Part shown: positions 13,001 to 22,261 of the stretch, in pieces
Layout of the letters: each line of letters starts with the position of its first letter
Numbering within the stretch: the stretch's first letter is position 1
Origin: Thermodesulfobacteriota bacterium
Lineage (GTDB): Bacteria > Desulfobacterota_D > UBA1144 > Nemesobacterales > UBA2774
Reading direction: 5' to 3'
Assembly (NCBI GenBank): GCA_963422265.1
Contig: OY729416.1
Location: forward strand, 160,001 to 224,000
DNA: 64,000 bases
Notes under the pieces: generated by a model
Database searches by the model: none
What the model saw: the letters and a program-made list of their open reading frames with translations, nothing else
Told to the model about the DNA's origin: nothing
Position numbers and translations under genes: made by a program

Positions 13001-13974
13001 TCTTCAAGCCCAATCCTTATGACGTTACAGCAAGGTTAGACGGCGAACTAGATATTAAGGGAAAGCGGTTAAAAACTCATATCAATGGTGACCTTAAGGC
13101 TAAGGGTTTGAGAGTGGTTATATCCGGGAAACCACAAAGGTATATTGAGGATGTCAAATTTGTCCAAGAGGACGACGGTGATCAGGAAGGTTTTATATTC
13201 GCCGGTGAGAAGTCTGATAGTCGCTACAGAAGATTAGTCTCTGTGGATTTAAGGTTGGATATTGCTGAGGATTCTTGGATCAAGAGCAGCAGGGCGGATA
13301 TTGAGATAGAGGGGCAGCTTAACGTAAGCAAACGTTACGGGGGGGGCAACGTAGTGACTGGTAACGTTGAGGCGGTCAAGGGTAGCTATCTGTTTATGGG
13401 CAAGCTCTTCAGTATTATTCAAGGAGGCATCATGAATTTTAGCGGAAAAGAGGTAATTGATCCACTTCTTGGCGTGAGAGCGATTTATGACGTGTCGAAT
13501 GTTGAAGTCTATGTAAACGTTACTGGCACCATGCGAGACCCAGAGATTAGCTTGTCTAGCGATCCTTCTATGGAAAAGAATGAAATAATGTCATATTTAA
13601 TCTTTGGCACTTCGTCCGACGAGCTTTCTACCAATGAGCGTATATCTTTTCAGCAACGGGCGGGGGAGTTCTTGAGCTCAATGGCGGTTGATGAGATAAG
13701 GGACGTATTTGGTGATCAGTTTGCACTTGACGTCATAACAATCAAGGGCTGGCAGCCCGGTTTCAGAGACACTTATTTTGAGTTAGGAAAGTATATTACA
13801 AAGGATTTATACGTTGGATACGAGCGTTATTTTTTTAGTCCCGGAGCTTCCCTTCCCGACGTGGCTGCGAACAGGGCTATTGTTGAATATAGGATGCTTG
13901 ATTACCTGACTCTTGAGACTGAGATAGGGGGTGCTGAGTCGGGCGCGGACTTATTTTTTAATTTTGATTACTGA
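10078..13974 (+). CDS. tamB: Translocation/assembly module TamB (AsmA-like, DUF490)
   Basis: N-terminal TM anchor, long beta-rich repeats, C-terminal SSDPSM..EIMSYLIFG, ELGKYI, GADLFFNFDY. Confidence 0.85.
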   Translation: MRMRPKIFKPIAVLLLVLALLVATFYIVIQTHFFNQITRNVLNSFVTELTDQGFAIGSIDGNLLHGFTLRDVSFRIEGREFIECKGISIGYSLPLMLDRSTLFRRVFSVDEVSLTGVRVNLIRYSDGAWNFEKIKSFGRKEQAPLGWSIFLNSTNINDLIITVSDPLKEKSNKYEFRNVDASVKIHRAIERVDLKLKDGEVVFTSQISGSDTNELRLDGVSANASYSALEYVDTLDVKSLNFNFRGFQISAESKIKDLKSPKFEFRATAGGIRLGNIVNANIELSGVGEHSKHNPLRVQSKARLLDSLLIGQEVLGDINSIDIDGGEIEFRGGKINTDFGSASFNGTLFLTELMGVKQSNNFAFDVSIDSLEMKEILDFIKETKGVNSNSPIGAVNTDIYKGSDAELNAYLNVLGNWGESDSLEASVVVSNLDLRSGDSGEVNLKGPITITNSGVQYELDAGFLNVNLATVFKNEGYISNINSKFRLRGFLPYGKDLLSRLEGSVKGEVFQSEILGIGLKRGIIDAFYGANFLNVESLLIESDKLNLEANGAIGDSQNVGISYDLDVADLRLLSIFLDNTDYEGRLQVSGDLKGAMRSLETSLFAKISDFKSEKYRFVAKKIEITGSSNFDLADLRLNASGKLGEISIRGRDFSTIDIDAKGKSSVLGGEIRVSETVNRNYSASFTLRDLQDEEVSLELSKVVLNVQDVLLKNRKPIILTFIKNKLSVSSLNLYQGDNFIIGDIELGDKVVANMRSRKMRLSSLLDVLNAPFSLKGLVSGKIAFGGSLEGIDVSADLVAENLEYMAFKSDALRLSLLFVDDDLNVSLSMNNDSERVLSATAKAHVDPKWKNFEEIIENAPFDARVQSKGIDISLLSLLHPKLTSIKGRLFADVSARGDGQNPDIAGSFELKDVSLKTVYMRNKINIESVVLDVRGMRGVLRPFHIDTGGGKGLFEGEIDFRDMSYVAKGRMFELFFKPNPYDVTARLDGELDIKGKRLKTHINGDLKAKGLRVVISGKPQRYIEDVKFVQEDDGDQEGFIFAGEKSDSRYRRLVSVDLRLDIAEDSWIKSSRADIEIEGQLNVSKRYGGGNVVTGNVEAVKGSYLFMGKLFSIIQGGIMNFSGKEVIDPLLGVRAIYDVSNVEVYVNVTGTMRDPEISLSSDPSMEKNEIMSYLIFGTSSDELSTNERISFQQRAGEFLSSMAVDEIRDVFGDQFALDVITIKGWQPGFRDTYFELGKYITKDLYVGYERYFFSPGASLPDVAANRAIVEYRMLDYLTLETEIGGAESGADLFFNFDY

Positions 13975-13993
13975 GATGCCATTGACTTGAAAT

Positions 13994-15181
13994 TCAGCTG
14001 GTTTTCAGCAATCTCCTTATCCCTCGAACGGCTTGTGTAATTCTTTGCTCGTTTTCAACTAAAGCGAGTCTGATAAATCCTTCCCCGTAATTTCCAAAGC
14101 CAACGCCGGGTGAAACGGCTACTTTGGCTTTCTCTATTAACAATTTTGAGAACTCTAGCGAGCCCATTTTTCTGAAGTTCTCTGGTATTTCTGCCCAAAC
14201 AAACATAGTTCCTCTCGGTCTTGGAATATGCCAGCCTGCTTTTCTAAGTCCGTCTATAAGCCTGTTTCTCCTCTGCCTGTAGGTTTCTCTAATATGGTCT
14301 ATACAGTCTTGTGGTCCATTTAAGGAGGCTATTCCCGCTACTTGAATGGGAGTAAATATACCGTAATCCATGTAGCTCTTTATACGCTTGAGCGCAGATA
14401 CTATCCCCGCGTTTCCTAACATGAAACCCACGCGCCAGCCAGGCATGCTATAACTTTTTGAGAGCGAGTAAAATTCGACTCCTACTTCTTTAGCCCCTGG
14501 AATTTGAAGAAAGCTAGGGGCTTTGTAACCGTCATAGCAAAGCTCAGCGTATGCGAAATCGTGGACTACGATGAGCCCTGCTTCCCTTGCGAGCTCATAA
14601 ATATCTTTGAAGAAATCTAAGTCCACTACACCGGTCGTCGGATTGTTAGGAAATGACAATGTAAGTGCTTTAGGCTTGGGCCAAGTCTCGTTAACAACCT
14701 TTTCGATTGATTTGATCAGTTCAGTTCCTTGTCCGAGCGGGATGCTATGCACGTCGCCTCTGGCTATAATGACCGAATACGTATGAATTGGATAAGCCGG
14801 GTTTGGAACAATGACGATGTCTCCTGGGGAAAGGATGGACATCATCAGATGAGTTATGCCCTCCTTAGAGCCTATTGTTACGACCGATTCGGTTTCTGGA
14901 TCAAGTTCCACGTCATAATTTCTTTTGTACCAGTCGCATATAGCGAGTCTTAGTTTTGGAATCCCCGCCGACGCTGAGTATCTATGAGCTCTAGGGTCTT
15001 GCGAAGTTTCTATAAGTTTATTCACTATGTGCCCTGGTGTTTGAAGGTCAGGGTTGCCCATTCCGAGATCTATTATGTCTTTTCCCCTTGACCTAGCTTT
15101 ATGCTTAAGCTCATTTACTATATTGAATACGTAAGGTGGAAGCCTTCTAATAAGTGAGAACTCTTCTGGAGAAAAATTCAT
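13994..15181 (-). CDS. alaC: Class I/II PLP aminotransferase (AlaC / LL-DAP aminotransferase-like)
   Basis: RLPPYVF, DLGMGNPD, DFAY, SLSKSYSMPGWRVG, RLALVENEQR. Confidence 0.7.
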   Translation of the reverse strand: MNFSPEEFSLIRRLPPYVFNIVNELKHKARSRGKDIIDLGMGNPDLQTPGHIVNKLIETSQDPRAHRYSASAGIPKLRLAICDWYKRNYDVELDPETESVVTIGSKEGITHLMMSILSPGDIVIVPNPAYPIHTYSVIIARGDVHSIPLGQGTELIKSIEKVVNETWPKPKALTLSFPNNPTTGVVDLDFFKDIYELAREAGLIVVHDFAYAELCYDGYKAPSFLQIPGAKEVGVEFYSLSKSYSMPGWRVGFMLGNAGIVSALKRIKSYMDYGIFTPIQVAGIASLNGPQDCIDHIRETYRQRRNRLIDGLRKAGWHIPRPRGTMFVWAEIPENFRKMGSLEFSKLLIEKAKVAVSPGVGFGNYGEGFIRLALVENEQRITQAVRGIRRLLKTS

Positions 15182-15309
15182 TTGCGTTCCTAGTGTGTTT
15201 AGGGGATATTGTATTCTAACTACTTTATAATCTCAACTATGGTTTTTGTTATTAAAAGTGGACTATCTAAAGAAGTTTATGTAGAGAAGTCAATGTTTCC
15301 ACAGGTTTA

Positions 15310-15331
15310 CCTGTATTGCTCCTGTATTGCT
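15310..15331. repeat. Tandem duplication, 2 x 11 bp (CCTGTATTGCT)
   Basis: Perfect adjacent copies in the divergent alaC/rlpA intergenic region. Confidence 0.85.
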
Positions 15332-15376
15332 AAGGTCTATACGCTTTCCACAATCTTTATGCTAAAGTTCTAAGAG

Positions 15377-16051
15377 ATGGGTATCAGGTTAACTTTATTT
15401 GCGCTGGCTCTTCCGATTCTTTTCTCTTGTGGGGTGAGGAAGCCTGTTTATCCTATGCCCGATACTTATAAAAAACCCCCTGTGGAAGGCTATGTAAAGG
15501 GACTTACCCAGATAGGTATAGCCTCTTGGTATGGAATAGAAGAGCATAATAGAAAGGCGGCGAGCGGCGAGCGTTTTAGCAAACACGCCTATACCGCTGC
15601 TCATAAAACTCTTCCTATGGATACCGTAGTGAGGGTCACAAACCTAGAGAATGGAAGGGACGTGATTGTAAAGATAAATGATAGGGGACCCTTTATTCCT
15701 AGACGTATTATTGATCTATCCTACGCGGCTGCTAAGTCTATTGATATGATTCAAGCGGGGACAGTAAAGGTAAAAGTTGAAATTATATCAACCCCGTCTG
15801 GCAGGAGCGGTAGCTACTTTGATCCCCAATATACGGTTCAGGCGGGTTCTTATAGAGATAGTCAAAACGCTCGCGCCATAAAGGAAAAGCTGGATCGCAA
15901 TTATGAGAAGGTGAGGGTTGAGTCAACGGATATTAAAGGAGATAAGTATTATCGCGTTAGGGTAGGCTGGTTTTCTAATAAGCGAGACGCGGATAGAGTC
16001 GCTTCACAGTTAAGGAGAGGGGGTTATCGCGCGAGGGTAATACTGGAATAA
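15377..16051 (+). CDS. rlpA: Septal ring lytic transglycosylase RlpA with SPOR domain (lipoprotein)
   Basis: Lipobox LFSC; GIASWYG, TAAHKTLP, INDRGPF, IIDLS; SPOR YTVQAGSY..YRVRVG. Confidence 0.93.
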   Translation: MGIRLTLFALALPILFSCGVRKPVYPMPDTYKKPPVEGYVKGLTQIGIASWYGIEEHNRKAASGERFSKHAYTAAHKTLPMDTVVRVTNLENGRDVIVKINDRGPFIPRRIIDLSYAAAKSIDMIQAGTVKVKVEIISTPSGRSGSYFDPQYTVQAGSYRDSQNARAIKEKLDRNYEKVRVESTDIKGDKYYRVRVGWFSNKRDADRVASQLRRGGYRARVILE

Positions 16052-16071
16052 CGCGTGGATGGTTTTTCACT

Positions 16072-16935
16072 GTGGATAGTTTTGTAAAATCGCACGGGCT
16101 TGGCAATGACTACCTAGTATTAGATCAAGCGGATATATCGTTTGATCTGACGCTAGAGGTGATAAAACTGCTATGTCATAGAAATTATGGGATAGGCTCG
16201 GATGGAATACTGCTTCTCGTCTCTTCAGACTCAGCCGATTTTGGACTTAGGATACTTAATCCTGACGGCAGCGAGGCGGAAAAGAGTGGGAATGGGCTTA
16301 GGATTTTCGCTAAATACTTATACGAACACGGTCATACTGCAGAGGAGACGTTTCAGATAGAAACCCTGGGCGGTATTGTTACTGCGGATTTAGAAATAAT
16401 GAACGGAGGCGCTCCCTTCATTACCGTCGAGATGGGTGAAGCCACGTTCGATAGCTTCTCTATACCCGTTCAGGGTAAAGAAAGGGAGGTCGTAAACGAA
16501 GAGATATGCGTAAATGGGCAGATATTGAAATTCACTGCAGTTTCTGTTGGCAATCCACATTGCGTCATTTTTGTAGATAATCTTGATGAGAATTATATGA
16601 AGAAGGTTGGACCCCTAATTGAAAACCATCAGGCGTTTCCAAACCGGATAAACGTTCAATTTGCAAAACTGCTCTCAAGGAATAGGGTTGAGATACTGAT
16701 ATGGGAGCGAGGCGCCGGGTACACCCTGGCGTCAGGTAGCAGCTCCTGCGCCGTAGCCTCCGCTTGCGTTAAGAACGGTTTTACTGATAATAGCGTGAGC
16801 GTTTCGATGCCGGGCGGAGGGCTTGATATTGAGATAAGGAAAGACTGGTCTATAAAGATGCGCGGTCCCGCGGAAGAGATCGCTCACGGCGTGCTGAGCC
16901 AGAATATACTTGATAAGATAAGGGCTTTGCCCTAA
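16072..16935 (+). CDS. dapF: Diaminopimelate epimerase
   Basis: KSHGLGNDY, GIGSDG, NPDGSEAEKSGNG, GNPH, WERGAG; Ser occupies the usual catalytic Cys positions (KSGNG, ASGSS). Confidence 0.9.
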   Translation: MDSFVKSHGLGNDYLVLDQADISFDLTLEVIKLLCHRNYGIGSDGILLLVSSDSADFGLRILNPDGSEAEKSGNGLRIFAKYLYEHGHTAEETFQIETLGGIVTADLEIMNGGAPFITVEMGEATFDSFSIPVQGKEREVVNEEICVNGQILKFTAVSVGNPHCVIFVDNLDENYMKKVGPLIENHQAFPNRINVQFAKLLSRNRVEILIWERGAGYTLASGSSSCAVASACVKNGFTDNSVSVSMPGGGLDIEIRKDWSIKMRGPAEEIAHGVLSQNILDKIRALP

Positions 16936-16967
16936 TTATTTTTATATGCTTTTCAAACAGCGTATCC

Positions 16968-18248
16968 ATGAAAAAGATATTATTGGTAGCTGATACGATA
17001 CTTCCTATTTCATCGCCTCCCCTAAAGAATTCAGCAGTTCTCGTAGTCAACGGAAAGATAAGGGGTATTGGGGTGACTACGAAAATGAAGAAGGAAAATA
17101 AAGGCGTTCAGTTATTGGAGCTTGGGCGCGGAATACTTATGCCGGGTTTTATAAATGCCCATACTCACCTTGAACTAGGGTGGGTTCAGAGGAAGATTAA
17201 GAGCTTTAGTGGATTTACGTCTTGGCTACGCCAAATAATAAGCGCAAAAAGAGGAGGCATTTCAAATGAGGAGATACAAGATTCGGTAAGAGATGGAATT
17301 AGAGCGCTTATTAGAAGTGGAGTTACTACGGTTGGAGAGGTTTCATCCTACGGCGGTATAGACGCCCCTATATTAAAAGAATACGGTATTAGAACAGTTC
17401 TTTTCAAAGAGGTTCTTGATAGTAGGCAAGCCGCTGCCGATTTTGATAATTTTGAGAGAACGGAGATTTTTGAAGAGAGGCTCTTTCCTCATGCTCCCTA
17501 TTCATGCACGCCCGAGCTTTTAGAGAAGAGCTTAATCTCTCATAAGAAAAGCCTGACGCCCCTTGGGATTCATCTGGCTGAGAGCCCAGATGAGATTGAA
17601 TTCGTAAGGAGAAAATCGAACGGTTTTGAGAGAGAAATTTTTCCACTAATAGACAAAAAATCTGTTATGCGCGTTGAGGCTGATACGCCTTTTTTGTATT
17701 TGAAGGGACTAGGATTTTTTGATTCGACTAAGATCACCACTGTTCACATGGTTCACGTGAATTCTGATGAAGTTAAGGAAATAAAAGAAAATGACGTGGG
17801 GGTTGTTCTATGTCCCAGGAGTAACATGTTTCTTCAAGTGGGAATTCCTCCTGTAGGTGAGTACTCAGAACTGCAAAGGGTAGGTTTGGGGACGGATAGT
17901 TTGTCAAGCAATTACAACCTAGACTTTTTTGAAGAAGTGAGAGCTCTTCATATGCTTACATCTAACGCCATAGGACGCGAATCTGCTTTCAAGACGGTTT
18001 ATACCGCAACTTTGGGTGGTGCCAAGGCTTTGTTTCTTGAGAATAAAATCGGCAGTATTGAGGAAGGGAAGGATGCTGATCTCATTTTTCTTAATTCCCA
18101 AACTGGCTCAGGCATTGATCCCTATCTCTCGGTAATCTGCTCAACCTGTGATAATCTTGAGTTTCTTATGGTTAGGGGAAAAACTATATTCGAGAATAAA
18201 TCCGCGAAGGTATTAAGCGGAGGGTATGCGGAGATGCGTCTGAGTTAA
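16968..18248 (+). CDS. Metal-dependent amidohydrolase, probable aminodeoxyfutalosine deaminase
   Basis: PGFINAHTHLE, PHAPYS, HLAES, CPRSN, GTDSLSSN; mqnA and mqnD nearby. Confidence 0.75.
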   Translation: MKKILLVADTILPISSPPLKNSAVLVVNGKIRGIGVTTKMKKENKGVQLLELGRGILMPGFINAHTHLELGWVQRKIKSFSGFTSWLRQIISAKRGGISNEEIQDSVRDGIRALIRSGVTTVGEVSSYGGIDAPILKEYGIRTVLFKEVLDSRQAAADFDNFERTEIFEERLFPHAPYSCTPELLEKSLISHKKSLTPLGIHLAESPDEIEFVRRKSNGFEREIFPLIDKKSVMRVEADTPFLYLKGLGFFDSTKITTVHMVHVNSDEVKEIKENDVGVVLCPRSNMFLQVGIPPVGEYSELQRVGLGTDSLSSNYNLDFFEEVRALHMLTSNAIGRESAFKTVYTATLGGAKALFLENKIGSIEEGKDADLIFLNSQTGSGIDPYLSVICSTCDNLEFLMVRGKTIFENKSAKVLSGGYAEMRLS

Positions 18249-18281
18249 TCTGCGTCCAAACATGGAAAACAAGAATCCAAA

Positions 18282-18980
18282 ATGAAAGTCGTAATGGTCC
18301 CGGTAAAGGATTTATCCAAAGCCAAAGAGAGGCTTTCTTCTCTCTTGTCGCAGGAGCAAAGAACTAAGCTTGCTTATGCAATGCTAGAGGACGTGCTTAA
18401 CGCACTTAAGGGATCAAAGCAGGCTGACCGCCTATTTGTCGTAACAATGGACGGGCGAGCCATAAATATGGCGGAAGATATGGGCATAGAGACAATACTG
18501 GAAACTGAGCAGAAGGGAGAAAGCGAGTCGGTGGATTACGCCTCTAGCTTGTGTAACGATATGGGTGCTGAGTCGGTTTTGGTGGTGCCGGGAGACGCTC
18601 CACTTATCACTTCTGAGGATATAGACTCAATTTTTGAGAAGGAGGAGGATTCTCCGTCGGTAATCTTAATACCGGCGAGAGACGAGATGGGCACGAACGC
18701 CATATTGCGGAAACCGCCCGATGCAATCCCGTCGCGTTTTGGAAGTGATAGCTTCAGAAAACATAAGAGAGAGGCAGAGAGAAAAAATATACCGTGCAAA
18801 ACATATGAAAATGCCAGAATAGCGCTTGATATTGACAACCCCGAAGATCTAAAAGAGTTTATATCTCGCGAAAGCGATACAAGGGCTTATAAAGAGTTTT
18901 GCGGAATGGCTAGGTTATTCGCTATACATCCGGACGTGCAGTCTTGCCTGAGCGCATTAAGTGAGCAGAATGATTCGTAG
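18282..18980 (+). CDS. cofC: CofC/FbiD guanylyltransferase (F420 biosynthesis)
   Basis: VPVKDLSKAKERLS, AMLEDVL, PGDAPL, GTNA, FG.DSF..H, LDIDNPEDL. Confidence 0.88.
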   Translation: MKVVMVPVKDLSKAKERLSSLLSQEQRTKLAYAMLEDVLNALKGSKQADRLFVVTMDGRAINMAEDMGIETILETEQKGESESVDYASSLCNDMGAESVLVVPGDAPLITSEDIDSIFEKEEDSPSVILIPARDEMGTNAILRKPPDAIPSRFGSDSFRKHKREAERKNIPCKTYENARIALDIDNPEDLKEFISRESDTRAYKEFCGMARLFAIHPDVQSCLSALSEQNDS

Positions 18981-19051
18981 ATGAAGCTCTTGTCATTTCT
19001 CTTTACGCTTTTTCAGCTTATAAGCATTCGTCTAATTTCTTATAAACGAAA

Positions 19052-20485
19052 TCAATAATTCAGGTTGGTGACCATAAGTTTTAATTCGGTCATTTCCTCA
19101 ATAGCGTGTTTTATACCTTCTTTTCCAATTCCTGAGTCTTTTACTCCGCCGTAGGGCATATTCTCAACCCTGAAGCTCGGATAATCGTTCACTACTACCC
19201 CGCCTACTTCTAGGGTTTCATAAGCCTTAAAAGCCTTCTTGAAGTCTTTTGTGAATACGCCTGCCTGAAGCCCATAGCGAGAGTTGTTGACATAATTTAG
19301 CGCGTCGTCAAAATTTTTATATTTCTCTACGTGCACAACGGGTCCAAAAATTTCGTTGCAGCTAAGGTTGGCGTTCGGGCAAACATCCGTTAATACGGTG
19401 GGATCAATTAACCTGCCATCCCTTTCGCCGCCTGCTAGCAACGTTGCTCCATCGTTTAGGGCTTGTTCAATCCAATTGGTTATCCTGTTTGCCGATTCGT
19501 CGTCTATTACGGGGCCGACGTCCGTGTCTTCAAACATAGGGTCGCCTAGCTTGAGCTTCTTAGTCTCACCTATGAATCTATCTATAAACTTATCGAAGAT
19601 TCTTTCCTGAACGTAAATTCTCTGCACCGATATGCAGCTCTGGCCAGCTTGATAAAAGGCTCCCCAAGCGTTTCTACTTGCAGCGAAGTCTAGGTCAGGC
19701 GGGTCATCTATAATGCTCGCGGCGTTGCCACCAAGTTCAAGCGTAACCCTTTTCTTTGGATACTTGGCTTTAAGCGTCCAGCCGATCTCATCACTTCCAG
19801 TAAAGGAAACCTTCCTTATTCTGTAATCATCCATTATGGGTTCTATCTGGGCTCCCGGAAGGGTCAGTATATTGAGCAGTCCCTCTGGCAAGCCTGCTTC
19901 AATTGCTATCTCTCCCAGCATTAAGGCGGAGATCGGGGTTTGAGACGCAGGTTTAAGGATCATTGCATTTCCTGATGCAATGGAAGGTGCTACTTTATGA
20001 GCTACTAGATTAAGGGGAAAATTAAAAGGGGATATACCAACTACTACGCCGAGTGGGAATCTTCTTGTAATACCGAACATGCCCTCGTTACCAGGGACAA
20101 TGTCAATGGGAATAAGCTCCCCCTCGCAGAAGCGGTTAGCTTCTTCGGCTGCCATGGAGAAAGTAGTCATAGCCCTTTCAACTTCAACCCTGGCGGTTTT
20201 TATAGGCTTTCCCGCCTCCATAACCAAGACTTTCTCAAATTCTTCTTTCTTATCCGCTATGCCATCTACGATACGTTTAAGTATTTTATTTTTTGCGTAA
20301 GAGGGGCTTTTTTTGAATTTATCAAACGCCCTCTCGGCGTGACTTATTGAGTCCTTAGCCTTCTCCAAATCAGGAATGCTTACTACGCCCGCCGCCTCGC
20401 CGTTGTAAGGGCTTCTTATCTCTCTTTTTTTATCGCCTTCTATCCACTCACCGTTAATTAAATAACCATACTCTTTATGAGACAT
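19052..20485 (-). CDS. NAD(P)-dependent aldehyde dehydrogenase (ALDH21/lactaldehyde-DH-like clade)
   Basis: ISPFNFPLNLVAHKVAP, FTGS, LELGGN, GQSCIS, EIFGP, PYGGVKDSG. Confidence 0.92.
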   Translation of the reverse strand: MSHKEYGYLINGEWIEGDKKREIRSPYNGEAAGVVSIPDLEKAKDSISHAERAFDKFKKSPSYAKNKILKRIVDGIADKKEEFEKVLVMEAGKPIKTARVEVERAMTTFSMAAEEANRFCEGELIPIDIVPGNEGMFGITRRFPLGVVVGISPFNFPLNLVAHKVAPSIASGNAMILKPASQTPISALMLGEIAIEAGLPEGLLNILTLPGAQIEPIMDDYRIRKVSFTGSDEIGWTLKAKYPKKRVTLELGGNAASIIDDPPDLDFAASRNAWGAFYQAGQSCISVQRIYVQERIFDKFIDRFIGETKKLKLGDPMFEDTDVGPVIDDESANRITNWIEQALNDGATLLAGGERDGRLIDPTVLTDVCPNANLSCNEIFGPVVHVEKYKNFDDALNYVNNSRYGLQAGVFTKDFKKAFKAYETLEVGGVVVNDYPSFRVENMPYGGVKDSGIGKEGIKHAIEEMTELKLMVTNLNY

Positions 20486-20505
20486 CCCTATTTCCCTTGC
20501 GCCGG

Positions 20506-21339
20506 CTAAGCGTTTAGCACGTCAAGCTTAGCCTTTTCTTTGATTATTTCTTTCTCATACGCCCTCTGAAATAGATATTCCAGAGCACCTTTACCTTTTT
20601 CCCCCAAATCTCTGGTGTATTCGTTTACGTACATCAGCACAAATTGCTCTCCTACTTCTTCCTGCATTCCCCTTCCGTAAAACATAGCATATTCGAGGGC
20701 TTCTTTTACGTGAGAAAGGGCGTATTCTATGCTTTCTTTATGCACCCGTAGGATTTGTTTCTGCAAATCCTTGTCAATGTCTCTCCTTACTACGTTTAAT
20801 CCCAAAGGAATGGGTAGAGACGTTTCTTTTGCCCAGAGCTTCCCTAAATCGCAAATCAAATTCAACCCAAAATCCTTATACGTGAGTTGTCCTTCATGTA
20901 TAAGCAGCCCAGTTTCGATTTCTCCCTTGCTTACGGCAGGCATTACCTCGTCAAAGGGCATTTCAACGGGAATAAATCCCTCTGCGTAAATGCTCAACAA
21001 GAGGAAAGCGGAGGTGAGCTTGCCCGGAACGCCTATTTCTCTACCTTCTAGATTGTCGATGGGAGTTTTAGATACGACTATGGGTCCATATCCCTCTCCC
21101 ATACTCGCCCCACAGGCTAGAATTCTGTAGCTATCTTGCACTTTTAGGTATCCATGGGCAGATATCGCCGTCACTTCAAGCTCTTTGTTTAAGGCACGTT
21201 GGTTAAGGGATTGTATATCTTCTATAACGTGAATAAAGTTTATTTTATCGCATCGCACTTTCTCTTTCGCAATTGCATAAAACATAAAGGCGTCATCTGC
21301 GTCGGGGCTATGCCCGAGTCGCATAGTGATTTTGCTCAA
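20506..21339 (-). CDS. mqnD: 1,4-dihydroxy-6-naphthoate synthase (futalosine pathway)
   Basis: GHSPDADDAFMF, GASMGEGYGP, LIHEGQLTY, MYVNEYT. Confidence 0.88.
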   Translation of the reverse strand: MSKITMRLGHSPDADDAFMFYAIAKEKVRCDKINFIHVIEDIQSLNQRALNKELEVTAISAHGYLKVQDSYRILACGASMGEGYGPIVVSKTPIDNLEGREIGVPGKLTSAFLLLSIYAEGFIPVEMPFDEVMPAVSKGEIETGLLIHEGQLTYKDFGLNLICDLGKLWAKETSLPIPLGLNVVRRDIDKDLQKQILRVHKESIEYALSHVKEALEYAMFYGRGMQEEVGEQFVLMYVNEYTRDLGEKGKGALEYLFQRAYEKEIIKEKAKLDVLNA

Positions 21340-21357
21340 AGTTTATATCTCCTTTAT

Positions 21358-22155
21358 TTATGGATAGGTTTTCACTTGGTCTATGCTCTCGCAAGTCCCT
21401 AGTTGCTCAAGATACTTACTATACGTAATCATACCTTGCTTTTCCTTTTCCCCAAGATCGTATCTTATTCTATCGTTTAAGTAATTAAAACAAGTCTCTT
21501 CGTCCATACCGATTTTCACTGACTCGAGCTTCGCAATCTCTCTTATCCTATCAATTCCATACTCTTTGGCTTCTTGGAGTGCCTTTAGATTTTTTCCCAG
21601 CTCCACTCCTTCATTTACGGCGAATGCCGCATATACGAATGGGAGTCCTGTGTTGCTTGTCCATGCTTGTCCAAGGTCTATTACTTTGTATCCACATGGA
21701 CTATCGTATCTTTTCTTAAGCCCTTCGTTCCCAATTATCATCCCGCCGTCAACGCCGTCTAAAAACCCTTTAGTAACGTCTCTTGCAAGATATTTTGGGG
21801 AAGAAAGCTCATAGAATAACTCAAGCACTATTCTAAGCAGAGCTGTTGAACTTTGAGACCTTCTATCCACCGCCACGGTTTTTATATCTCTCATATCCTT
21901 ATTCAAAAGAAGGATAACGCTGTCAACCTCTCCATAAGAAGAGATGGATATGTTTGGCACTAAGGAGTAATTCTTCCTTTGTAGCAGTTCTGCTACTGGA
22001 ATAAGACCGAGGTCAATCTCTTTTCTAAGAGCCATTTCCGACAGTAAAGACGGAGGCGTAGCTACAATTTCAAAATCGTTTTCTATCAGATTGTTCTCGA
22101 GCGCAAATGTAAGCGGCTTTGCATTTAAGAAGGATACCGAGCCTAGCTTTATCAA
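21358..22155 (-). CDS. mqnA: Chorismate dehydratase (futalosine pathway)
   Basis: GSVSFLNAKPL, S.GEVDSV, SQSSTALL, IGNEGL, DLGQAW..TGLPFVYA. Confidence 0.9.
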   Translation of the reverse strand: MIKLGSVSFLNAKPLTFALENNLIENDFEIVATPPSLLSEMALRKEIDLGLIPVAELLQRKNYSLVPNISISSYGEVDSVILLLNKDMRDIKTVAVDRRSQSSTALLRIVLELFYELSSPKYLARDVTKGFLDGVDGGMIIGNEGLKKRYDSPCGYKVIDLGQAWTSNTGLPFVYAAFAVNEGVELGKNLKALQEAKEYGIDRIREIAKLESVKIGMDEETCFNYLNDRIRYDLGEKEKQGMITYSKYLEQLGTCESIDQVKTYP

Positions 22156-22261
22156 AGTATCTCCTGATTCAGCGCTTTATTGGGTGACAATTAGACGTAG
22201 CGCCTTAATGCTTCGTGAAAGTATTGCAATTAAAGCCATAAGTTGCCAGAGTCTTATATTC

